This document shows positions 56,241-64,000 of a stretch of DNA of 64,000 nucleotides, piece by piece. The DNA is taken from the IMG/VR virus record IMGVR_UViG_3300027776_000009; one strand, written 5' to 3'. How positions within the stretch are numbered: position 1 is the first letter of the stretch; each line of letters begins with the position of its first letter. The notes beneath the pieces were generated by a model that had not been told where the DNA came from, did no database searches, and saw nothing but the letters and a program-made list of their open reading frames with translations. The position numbers and the translations under genes were made by a program. The DNA is from a virus (Duplodnaviria > Caudoviricetes).

Positions 56241-56771
56241 TCAATCGAGCCTCATAAAGTAACCACCGAGATCGAGGAGAGTCTGGTCATCCACTCGCAG
56301 TATCAACGAATCATCAGGAGGTAATGCTAAGTGCATTAATAAAACCGTGGCTTCACCTACCCATCCTATACTGCCCGGAGATGCGGTAAAGGTGTAGTCT
56401 CCCAGTCCGACCAGAGATTCATTAAGAACATCCTCAGTCTCTAGATTAATCCCGCACTCTTCCAACAGTACGGGAAGGAGCTCGTGTGATTCAGTTAGCC
56501 CAGGTCTGACCAGTTCGGGCCAGGTCTCCCCAATGGCGTCAGTCAGGTCAATTCTCCGATAAAACAGAGTTCGTTTACCCGAAAAACGTTGGGTGTCTGT
56601 AGGCCTTATCGTGATCTTCGTATTACGCGGATCGTAAGACGAGTTCGGGAGCGGGTTTTCAAATACCAGATCGTCCACCGTAAACGGCTGTCGATTCTGT
56701 GGATTGCAGGTGTTGATGTTGATGACGAGCCTAACACGCCCGGTCAGTGACAGATCGGTCCCATCAGACAT
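56241..56771 (-). CDS. virion adaptor protein (paralogue of 62494..62997)
   Basis: NT.I....Y.R.DL...SHELLP.L...GINL...D...E.L...Y...A.P.S.G..G shared with 62494..62997. Confidence 0.75.
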   Translation of the reverse strand: MSDGTDLSLTGRVRLVININTCNPQNRQPFTVDDLVFENPLPNSSYDPRNTKITIRPTDTQRFSGKRTLFYRRIDLTDAIGETWPELVRPGLTESHELLPVLLEECGINLETEDVLNESLVGLGDYTFTASPGSIGWVGEATVLLMHLALPPDDSLILRVDDQTLLDLGGYFMRLD

Positions 56772-56800
56772 GGTTTGCTCCTATGGTGTAAGAATCAAGA

Positions 56801-56871
56801 CATGCTGCGGGAGCACTCGCTCCCGCATTATGCCGCCGTACCCACCTCACACAGAATGTGCCTACGGTGGC
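56801..56871 (-). terminator. tandem hairpins in the intergenic gap
   Basis: TGCGGGAGC-ACTC-GCTCCCGCA flanked by CATG/TATGCCG, plus GCCGCCGTA...TACGGTGGC. Confidence 0.55.
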
Positions 56872-56876
56872 GCCTA

Positions 56877-59800
56877 TCAGAAGTTGTCGTCGAAGTAGTG
56901 GGCTACCGTTTTCACGGTAACCGGATTGGCTGCCTCACTATCGTGAAAAATCAACCATCCAGCACCGCTGGCGACTTTGACAACCCCCGTCCCGGTGAGA
57001 GGATTACCCGCGGGTGTATAGTCCAGGATAGCCTGGAGTGGGGATCCGCTGCCAATCAATACCTTGGTGTCACCGATGATTCCCGAAGAGGTCAATCCCG
57101 AGAACTTCGGGCTGTAATACCCTGTGTTTGACGGATCGTCACCAACGATCAGGACACGACGAGCTTCCGTATAGCTTAGCATCATGTCGTACCACCCGTT
57201 TTCGTTGGCTCCAGAGGTTCCTCGTGCTAAGATTGAAAAGGCTGAGGTACTACTAGAGACCGTTCCAACCAGTGTTCCGTTGTAATACGCCGACAACGTA
57301 GTGCCAACTCGCGCGATGCGGCACTCGGCGTCAATGGATGGAGTCGTGATAACGCTACCCACGAGAGTGGCGTTATTGTAGACTTCCAAATTACCGGTGG
57401 TGGCGTTGTACTGAAAACGCAATGTTCCGGTGCTGTAGTCATACGTGGTGGCGCCAGTTGCTACCCCCAGAGCTTTTTCCTGACCATTACCCTCGAAACT
57501 GATCCATTTGAAGCGTAGATCGAAATCTGAGTTAGCCGGGATCAGTTGGTCCGCTACGAGGTGTCCGCTACTATTACTCGTCTGAGCACGGTGGATCAGT
57601 AGTCCCTTATTTTGGAGACAGCGGAACATAACCCCGTTAGCAGCCGTGTCTTTACCGTCCGCATCCGGCGAAGCGGGTGAGAACGTAACAGGTTCATCAA
57701 CACGGGTACCTAAGGGAGTGGTCGGAACAGTGTCTATCTGAGTAAGTGGGGCAGTGGCGTCTGTGGTGTATGCGAAGTTGCAGCTATACGTCGTCCCATT
57801 GTCTTTCATGAGCCCCAGTCCAAGCGTTCCGATCCAGTACTCATTAGCCACAAACGACGTTCCACTCACTCCATTGCTAAATGAGATTCGCAAGCCATTC
57901 ATATCTGGTGCGGTTTCGAGACTCGCGTGGACATCTCTCGCACCCGCGTGATCACGCACCCAGGCACCGCCATCCCAGCCGTACTTCTTCCAGAACGCAC
58001 TTTCATACGTACTGTATTTCGCATGGGTTGGCGGTAGCATGAAGGGGGTTACCCCGTAGGCGTCGGCCTGATCACCCTCGTAGGAGAAGAACATATTGCT
58101 CCCAGGGAGATAGATCAGCGGGCGACACAAAAGCCCCGTGGTATCTCCCGAGTACGCGCTGAGTTCCGTTGTTGCCGACGTGATCCCGGTGCGTACTGCA
58201 AACTCACAGTTCGCATTCCCGTTCGACAGATAGGTACCATTGGTGAACGACGCAATCCCGCTTGTCTTGGTGAACACGCTCGGAAAGTTACCACTATATC
58301 CTGCAACATGAGATGACAGGAAGCCTTTGTTTCCACCAATAGTCGCAGGGACTGCACGACATTGTGCGGAGGCGGTTTCAGGACCATAGAGGTAACTGGC
58401 CTGCATATTGTTGGCACCGTATTGGAACCTCAACATGGTCCGGTCATTACCCAGTGGGTTTGACACCCCCGCCACCCACCATCCGTCGACACAGCGAATG
58501 GAGTCAGAGATCCGCAATAGGTTAGCCAGAGTCCAGGTAAACGAGGTGTAGTTCACGCCATTGGTCGTCGGATTAACCGCAGTACCTAACCCCGTCGACC
58601 ACCAGACGTACCCCAATCGGAAGCCACCGCTAGTGACCCCTCCGGCCAATACCGACGAGACAAAGAGAAATTGATCGTCTCCGACATTATCCGGATCGAT
58701 AATCATCGCTGATACGTTTGACCAATTGCTGTCCGTAATACCTGCGTAGGTAAATGTAGGCGATCCGGTGGTTGGGTTATGGACGCTCCAGGAGAGCGCG
58801 CCAACGGCTGCATCGGGGTTGGATAGTTTACACAAGCCACCATCGTAGAGAACCCAAAGAGTGCCTGCAGTGTCATTCTTGGCACAGATTTGATACACCT
58901 TATTCGTCACACCCGCCGGAGCTGGGATCTGCTCGACCGTATCCAGTGCGGGGTTAATACGCCACAGTCCGGTATCAGCGCAACCAATGTAGGTATAGCC
59001 CTTGGTGCAGTCGCCATCGGATACTGCGGTAACAGGCAACGCTGGCGAGGTGTTCGCATTGAAGAGAAGCTTTGACCCCCGCAGTACATCGTAAATTGCA
59101 ATCCCGTTCTTTGTACGATTGCATTCAAATGCGGCTACATAACGAGTTGCGTCAGGACTACGATACGTTACACCGCCCCACTTGGTATTGACCTCGTAGG
59201 CTTGGTCTTGCGCGATTCCGCGGAAGGTGTTTCCACCCGCGCGAGTCTGAGGTAGGAAAGCGGTTCTGGGGATCCAGAGATTACCCGCAAAACCCGCAAT
59301 GAAGTCAAAAACCTCGACTTTGTATTTAGCCGGAGTCGAGAGGTCTCCGGTGTCGGTGACTCGAACACGAAACAGTTTCTGATAATGAGGATCAGTCCAG
59401 TTGTCCACGTTCAGCGTCAAAGAACCTGACATCGTTGCAAGATTACTGGTGTCTTGCAGAGGTCCTGCGGGTGTATTTCGCTGAGCGTAGGTATTCTGTC
59501 GAGGATCGAGTACATCGGGAAGGACTGGTTGATACACGTAGCCCTTGCTCATGGTTGTCGGCGTCGAAGCCGCCGACTCATAGCCGGCGTCTCCCATCCA
59601 GAGATGCTTCATGAACAGCCCCATGGTGTTAACATGAGCGGCAGGAAAGGCTAATGAATGCTGGAATGCATTTCCAACACCGATAATGTCAGTGCTACCC
59701 CAAGGTCTCCAGAGCGACACGCTAGAATCCGTGAGTACATTTGAAGCTTCCGTGCCTCCCGATATACGCCCACCATGTAGTGTCATCGGAGAAATATCGT

Positions 59801-60476
59801 CCAATTGATAGGCTGACGATGTCAGTGATCCCCGCAATCCTCGGTAGTTGAAGTATACGCTATTGACAGCATTGCAGACCTTGGTGAACAAACCGCGCAA
59901 ATCTTCATACACACGGGGAGACGTACGCTGGTTAGACGAGTCTACAACGGGATGTAGAAAGAGGCGATACGTCACACTGAGCTGCACGTCCGTGTTCTGA
60001 GTACACGGTGTACTCAAGCGCAGTATGGTTAACTTGGAATTGCTCTCGGAATTAACCGTGTGCGACGAGTAGTCGTCCTTGGTCGTATAGAGTCCCAATA
60101 CGCGAATAGTCCGCGCTGAACCAACGGGTGCTGGAATCAGGAAATTGAAGGTCACTACATCCGGATCATTGACCGTAGCGCCGGGTGTGTAGGTGGGGAA
60201 ATCTTGGTTAACGTTGACGTTACCATCACTGCCGCACCATGCGTTCAGTCGCGTCGGCTTAATGTCAGCGGACCTGTAAAAGAGCTTCCACCGCGCAGAG
60301 GACGAATGATTCTGACTGGTAGCGTCCCGTTTAGTCGGGATACTGAAATCACCGATCAGTGTAAACATCCGTTTGAACGCAGGTAAGCAGATATCATTAC
60401 ACACCGGCGGCCCAACCGGTTCTTTTCGCCCATCGGGGTAGATATATTCCAAGAACGCCGATCCAACAATTTTCAT
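56877..60476 (-). CDS. large beta-rich virion protein (putative fibre/receptor-binding)
   Basis: Likely start MKIVGS at 60476 (GGAGGT Shine-Dalgarno, just after the upstream stop). Propeller-like middle and lectin/SPRY-like C-terminal segment (RIARVGTTLSAYYNG). Confidence 0.7.
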   Translation of the reverse strand: MKIVGSAFLEYIYPDGRKEPVGPPVCNDICLPAFKRMFTLIGDFSIPTKRDATSQNHSSSARWKLFYRSADIKPTRLNAWCGSDGNVNVNQDFPTYTPGATVNDPDVVTFNFLIPAPVGSARTIRVLGLYTTKDDYSSHTVNSESNSKLTILRLSTPCTQNTDVQLSVTYRLFLHPVVDSSNQRTSPRVYEDLRGLFTKVCNAVNSVYFNYRGLRGSLTSSAYQLDDISPMTLHGGRISGGTEASNVLTDSSVSLWRPWGSTDIIGVGNAFQHSLAFPAAHVNTMGLFMKHLWMGDAGYESAASTPTTMSKGYVYQPVLPDVLDPRQNTYAQRNTPAGPLQDTSNLATMSGSLTLNVDNWTDPHYQKLFRVRVTDTGDLSTPAKYKVEVFDFIAGFAGNLWIPRTAFLPQTRAGGNTFRGIAQDQAYEVNTKWGGVTYRSPDATRYVAAFECNRTKNGIAIYDVLRGSKLLFNANTSPALPVTAVSDGDCTKGYTYIGCADTGLWRINPALDTVEQIPAPAGVTNKVYQICAKNDTAGTLWVLYDGGLCKLSNPDAAVGALSWSVHNPTTGSPTFTYAGITDSNWSNVSAMIIDPDNVGDDQFLFVSSVLAGGVTSGGFRLGYVWWSTGLGTAVNPTTNGVNYTSFTWTLANLLRISDSIRCVDGWWVAGVSNPLGNDRTMLRFQYGANNMQASYLYGPETASAQCRAVPATIGGNKGFLSSHVAGYSGNFPSVFTKTSGIASFTNGTYLSNGNANCEFAVRTGITSATTELSAYSGDTTGLLCRPLIYLPGSNMFFSYEGDQADAYGVTPFMLPPTHAKYSTYESAFWKKYGWDGGAWVRDHAGARDVHASLETAPDMNGLRISFSNGVSGTSFVANEYWIGTLGLGLMKDNGTTYSCNFAYTTDATAPLTQIDTVPTTPLGTRVDEPVTFSPASPDADGKDTAANGVMFRCLQNKGLLIHRAQTSNSSGHLVADQLIPANSDFDLRFKWISFEGNGQEKALGVATGATTYDYSTGTLRFQYNATTGNLEVYNNATLVGSVITTPSIDAECRIARVGTTLSAYYNGTLVGTVSSSTSAFSILARGTSGANENGWYDMMLSYTEARRVLIVGDDPSNTGYYSPKFSGLTSSGIIGDTKVLIGSGSPLQAILDYTPAGNPLTGTGVVKVASGAGWLIFHDSEAANPVTVKTVAHYFDDNF

Positions 60477-60477
60477 C

Positions 60478-61482
60478 TCAACCTCCAAGGTTTCCACCCG
60501 CCACTCGTGTGACGGTGTATGCATTATTCACCACACCGGACTCGAACTGACCTACTGTTTCGTCCGTTCCAGAGACCGTCTCTAACCGATAAACCACTCG
60601 GATGAGAGCGTAATCGTTAATGATGGTACCTGTTTCAAATTGCAGTGGCGTATCTGTGTATTCCAAGGTATCCTGACGATACACCACGCGGGTCAACGAG
60701 TAGTCGTTGACCAAGCTACCCGTTTCAAACTGCGACAAGACATTGTTAGCGGCGGCTAATCCGTCATAATCCGCCCAGCTATCGTAGGCGGTTTCATTGT
60801 CTCGTCCTGGGCGTCTGTATATCGCTCCAAACCTTAGCCGTGCAGGGAGATCTGTTACAACCTCTTTGGGTTCTGATGCTAAAAACGTTTGCACGAGAAC
60901 CCAACTACTGCCGCCCCATCGCTCAACAATCACTCCGACGTATCTGGCCTCGTAATTCTGACCGATCTCGTCCGGAGTTTGGTGTGCGAAGGCGGGCTCG
61001 GGAATCTGCAGCGTCGACCCTGCACCACTTAGACTAAATCCGGCGTTGTGTGGTATGGTGTCGTCAAACACCCCGGCATAGGTAACGTAGTGTTTCCACA
61101 CCAGTGCGGATGACGGATAGAGTACGTCATTAATCACGGTTCCGGTGCTATAAGTCTCTGCGTCACTTGCCGGAGTGGTGTAGATGACAACGTCCCTGTA
61201 GCTTTCCATGGGGGTGTTGCGATCTACATAAAAGCGAAACACCTTATCGGTCCCGGGTATTCCACCCGGGAGATAATAGGCGGCAGTGGCTGACGTTGGA
61301 AATAAGGAAACGATAGGAGTACCTGATATCTGAACCCACTCGGTTGTGTGCTGATTCAATTCCCCAATAACAGAAGCTTCTAGATATACCACGGGGGTGC
61401 ACACCGCAGACTGGTTCTCCCCCGCGGACTGAATAACTACCACCTGTCGCGTCAGGTGACCTACCATTAAAATCTGCGGCAT
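60478..61482 (-). CDS. virion protein with Ig/PKD-like N-terminus and three C-terminal repeats
   Basis: SAG.NQ....W.QISG.P (PKD-like). QFE(T/S)G...N.Y...RV repeated three times. Confidence 0.7.
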   Translation of the reverse strand: MPQILMVGHLTRQVVVIQSAGENQSAVCTPVVYLEASVIGELNQHTTEWVQISGTPIVSLFPTSATAAYYLPGGIPGTDKVFRFYVDRNTPMESYRDVVIYTTPASDAETYSTGTVINDVLYPSSALVWKHYVTYAGVFDDTIPHNAGFSLSGAGSTLQIPEPAFAHQTPDEIGQNYEARYVGVIVERWGGSSWVLVQTFLASEPKEVVTDLPARLRFGAIYRRPGRDNETAYDSWADYDGLAAANNVLSQFETGSLVNDYSLTRVVYRQDTLEYTDTPLQFETGTIINDYALIRVVYRLETVSGTDETVGQFESGVVNNAYTVTRVAGGNLGG

Positions 61483-61516
61483 GATTCCTCCGACTCAGCG
61501 AGTGTTTATCCTGAAG

Positions 61517-62494
61517 TTATTCATCAAAATAAGGACTGGTGTACGGAACGTAATCCCCTAAGAGATTCAGCCGAATCCATGACAGATCCACGGACTTTGT
61601 TGTTAACTTGAAGACCAAGATGTCCCCCTTTTCAAACACTAATCGCTCTGACGGAACTAGCGCTTCTGCATCATTGAAGACGAGGGTCCCCGGCATTCCG
61701 GCGCCTACGGCTACGGTGTTAAAACTGATAGTCCCAACCGCTGTCATCGTACCGGTTACCCCCTTGGTCTTGTAGATGGTAACCACGTTGGGTTCAGTGA
61801 TATTCCCATTACAGAGGGTCCTATGAAGAACCGCCGGGGGCTTAAGACGATCATTCGGGAGGGTGTGTTGTAACGGGATTTCAAAATCCCGAATCGCAAT
61901 GTAACTCCCGATCTCTTGATCCAGAAACAACGGAGCACTAGCGCCAGCCGTTAGTTCCAAGTGATCAATGTCCTGGTCCATTTTGATTCGGACTAAACGA
62001 AGTACGCCGCCTACCTTCTCAGCAAAGTTGTTCCCAGAGGTAAAGTTGCTAATAACAACCCACAAACTACCTTCATGGTAGAGAATATCCGGGGGGGTTA
62101 TTTGGTCATCAACCGTACGCTCCGTGAAGAAAGCCGTTGTAGGTTTCCACAGTTTGACCTGACCAAACGCCTGAAGTGTATTGCTGACCTGAGTCAAGCT
62201 ATTACTGACCTCGGTCACCGCGGCTGTGACAAACTCTGTCGTAGCGATTTGGGTGTTATTGGTTCCGGGATCCGGCGTCGGGGCCTCTGGAGTACCGTTG
62301 AATGAAGGAGAGTCGATAGGCGCAAGACCTTCACGGGCAGCTTGTATCACCATGTCGACGCTGACTTCCTGATCTCTTTCTTCAGCGGGGGCGGTCGCAC
62401 GATACAATAACAAGGTATCGGTGAGTTGCAGCTCCGTCGCAATCGGTAACTCTCCTTGCGTTACAGTGTTCGTAATGGGAATCGAGCCAGCCAT
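61517..62494 (-). CDS. tail fibre protein
   Basis: APIDSPSFNGTPEAPTP..GTNNTQIATTEFV, the P2 gpH-type fibre motif. Confidence 0.75.
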   Translation of the reverse strand: MAGSIPITNTVTQGELPIATELQLTDTLLLYRATAPAEERDQEVSVDMVIQAAREGLAPIDSPSFNGTPEAPTPDPGTNNTQIATTEFVTAAVTEVSNSLTQVSNTLQAFGQVKLWKPTTAFFTERTVDDQITPPDILYHEGSLWVVISNFTSGNNFAEKVGGVLRLVRIKMDQDIDHLELTAGASAPLFLDQEIGSYIAIRDFEIPLQHTLPNDRLKPPAVLHRTLCNGNITEPNVVTIYKTKGVTGTMTAVGTISFNTVAVGAGMPGTLVFNDAEALVPSERLVFEKGDILVFKLTTKSVDLSWIRLNLLGDYVPYTSPYFDE

Positions 62495-62997
62495 TAGCTT
62501 CTCCTCAGGTATAAGTTACCGACTTTGATTAAACGTTCATCGACAGTGCGGATCAAGGTAAACCCCAAATCACCAGTACCTCCTAATTGAATCTGAACGT
62601 CGCCAATAAAGCCTAAACTATCCGGCGTGGCCTTTAGTACATAGGCGGTATCCGTCAGGTCTTCATCGACGATGTCTGAAGGGGTGAGGTTGATTCCGTA
62701 ATCTGTCAAGATAGCGGGTAAGAGCTCATGTGAACGAGTAGCGCCTTCGACAGTCACCACGGTATCTTGGGCGATCAGATCACTTAATGCGTCTCGGGTG
62801 TACTCCATGACTAGGTTATTGCGAATCCCGTAGATGTCATAGACCAGGATCTGCACCCGCGTGTTATTACCCTCGGACACCCAAGGAGTTGGGTGCATGA
62901 TTGACAATGTGTTTAGATCCAAATCCTTTTGGAACTTTCCCGCGATGAGCTTGGCACGTATCCGCTCTTCTGCGGTCAGTAAGTAGTTTTCAGCCAT
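62494..62997 (-). CDS. virion adaptor protein (paralogue of 56241..56771)
   Basis: NNTRV...YTRD.L...SHELLPAIL..YGINL..DIV.E.L...Y.L.A.P.SLGF.G. Confidence 0.75.
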   Translation of the reverse strand: MAENYLLTAEERIRAKLIAGKFQKDLDLNTLSIMHPTPWVSEGNNTRVQILVYDIYGIRNNLVMEYTRDALSDLIAQDTVVTVEGATRSHELLPAILTDYGINLTPSDIVDEDLTDTAYVLKATPDSLGFIGDVQIQLGGTGDLGFTLIRTVDERLIKVGNLYLRRS

Positions 62998-63007
62998 GAG
63001 AGTCCCC

Positions 63008-64000
63008 TTAGATCAGTGTGACCTGCGAGGTCATGTCAATACGTAGCAGCGGAGCTACACCAACGGGATGAATATCTTGGGGGGAGACTACACTCATGGG
63101 TAGAGTGATCCGTCCCGCTCCGTACGCTTCTGGTTTGCGATACCGCAACGGCTTAAACCCGCTCACGATGGGTGGGTTTGTAGACATGCTGTACGCATAC
63201 TGAACACTATAACTGCTGAATTGTTTCATGATCTCAATCACAGCTTCCTGAAGACGCCGAAGTCTGAGACTACTATCATCCACGTTTCCGGTTCCATTAC
63301 GGACGAGTTCAGCCGCGAGTTGTTTGTAGAGCGCTTTCCGATCCGGACTGTCCTCGATTTCGGCGACACTGACACCATTCGTCGTAAACCAATCGGCATA
63401 GGACACTCCCGCACCTAGCTCACAAGGGAGATTATCCCAATACAGCTTATGGAAAGCTTCCTCTGCTTCCCCACGTGCCACCGGATCACCAAACTGTGTA
63501 ATCGAGAGATACCGTTCCTCCAACCGTTCGTGAAATTGGAGCGCTTTCTGAAAGAAAACGGTGGTGGATGTAAAGGTGTAAGTCGGATCCCCACTGAGCA
63601 TCGTGGTTAAGAAACTGTCACTGATATCGTTGGACGTCACCACTGCCTTTAGCTCAGCCAGTGTAGGTTTAGCTGCGAACAGCGGATGCGGAATAACGCC
63701 GACTCCTCGGGGAATGTTGTGTACCCGTATCGTAGGAATATCGATCAACGGATTATCCGTGTTGGCGCGATTAAAGCAGTAGACGGCTAAAATGAGCGCG
63801 TTCAGCGGAGTGAGCTGAAGTCTGTCTCCCGTAGCGGGATTCGTGGCAAACACAGAGCCGTTAAACGTTCCACGGGAGGCACAAAAGATCCAGAAGTGCG
63901 CAATAAAGCTCGACAGCGGGAAAATACGCATATCCGTATCGTCCAGCATTTCGGACTCTATTAACTTGACGGGGTACTTATCTCGCCCGGTTCTTGTCAG
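63008..64000 (-). CDS. large baseplate-type virion protein, C-terminal part (5' end outside window)
   Basis: Frame is open from 64000 through the ORF-track start at 63949. K..ESEM.D and Q.A...IM.QFSSYSVQY resemble the phiKZ gp128-like family. Confidence 0.65.
   Translation of the reverse strand: MTRTGRDKYPVKLIESEMLDDTDMRIFPLSSFIAHFWIFCASRGTFNGSVFATNPATGDRLQLTPLNALILAVYCFNRANTDNPLIDIPTIRVHNIPRGVGVIPHPLFAAKPTLAELKAVVTSNDISDSFLTTMLSGDPTYTFTSTTVFFQKALQFHERLEERYLSITQFGDPVARGEAEEAFHKLYWDNLPCELGAGVSYADWFTTNGVSVAEIEDSPDRKALYKQLAAELVRNGTGNVDDSSLRLRRLQEAVIEIMKQFSSYSVQYAYSMSTNPPIVSGFKPLRYRKPEAYGAGRITLPMSVVSPQDIHPVGVAPLLRIDMTSQVTLI

Noticed and set aside
1-64000. tRNA/rRNA genes or alternative genetic code
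   Set aside because: Intergenic gaps are short with no cloverleaf or TTCGA arm seen. Genes read full-length in the standard code and all three stop codons are used.

Overview
This window is a 64 kb segment of a phiKZ-like (Chimalliviridae-type) jumbo phage genome. It is densely coding, and I found no tRNA, rRNA or CRISPR array. Recognisable genes: a truncated SspB-like ClpXP adaptor at the left edge (missed by the ORF track), the prohead protease, three subunits of the split virion RNA polymerase, a 2006-aa tape-measure-like protein with a C-terminal GH19 muramidase, UvsX/RecA, RNase H, a candidate spanin pair, a CYTH-like protein, an SNF2-type helicase, head proteins with S/A/G-x-E maturation sites, SbcC, the baseplate spike, RuvC, an M15 endolysin with a small holin-like gene, and a large fibre/baseplate cluster. 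Four observations go beyond the ORF list. (1) A fibre gene chain whose termini suggest a plug-and-socket polymerising filament (DGGxF/Y C-termini, 'RxKRS...GExA' N-termini), with a terminator after the only subunit that carries both ends. (2) A ~105-nt structured leader with two hairpins sharing the loop CUAACGA and a bulged A. (3) An identical 14-nt Shine-Dalgarno-sequestering hairpin before three promoter-proximal small genes. (4) Two classes of terminator-like hairpins, one U-tailed and one TATG-flanked. All family assignments come from motif recognition by eye. phiKZ gp numbers are recalled similarities and synteny, not search results.
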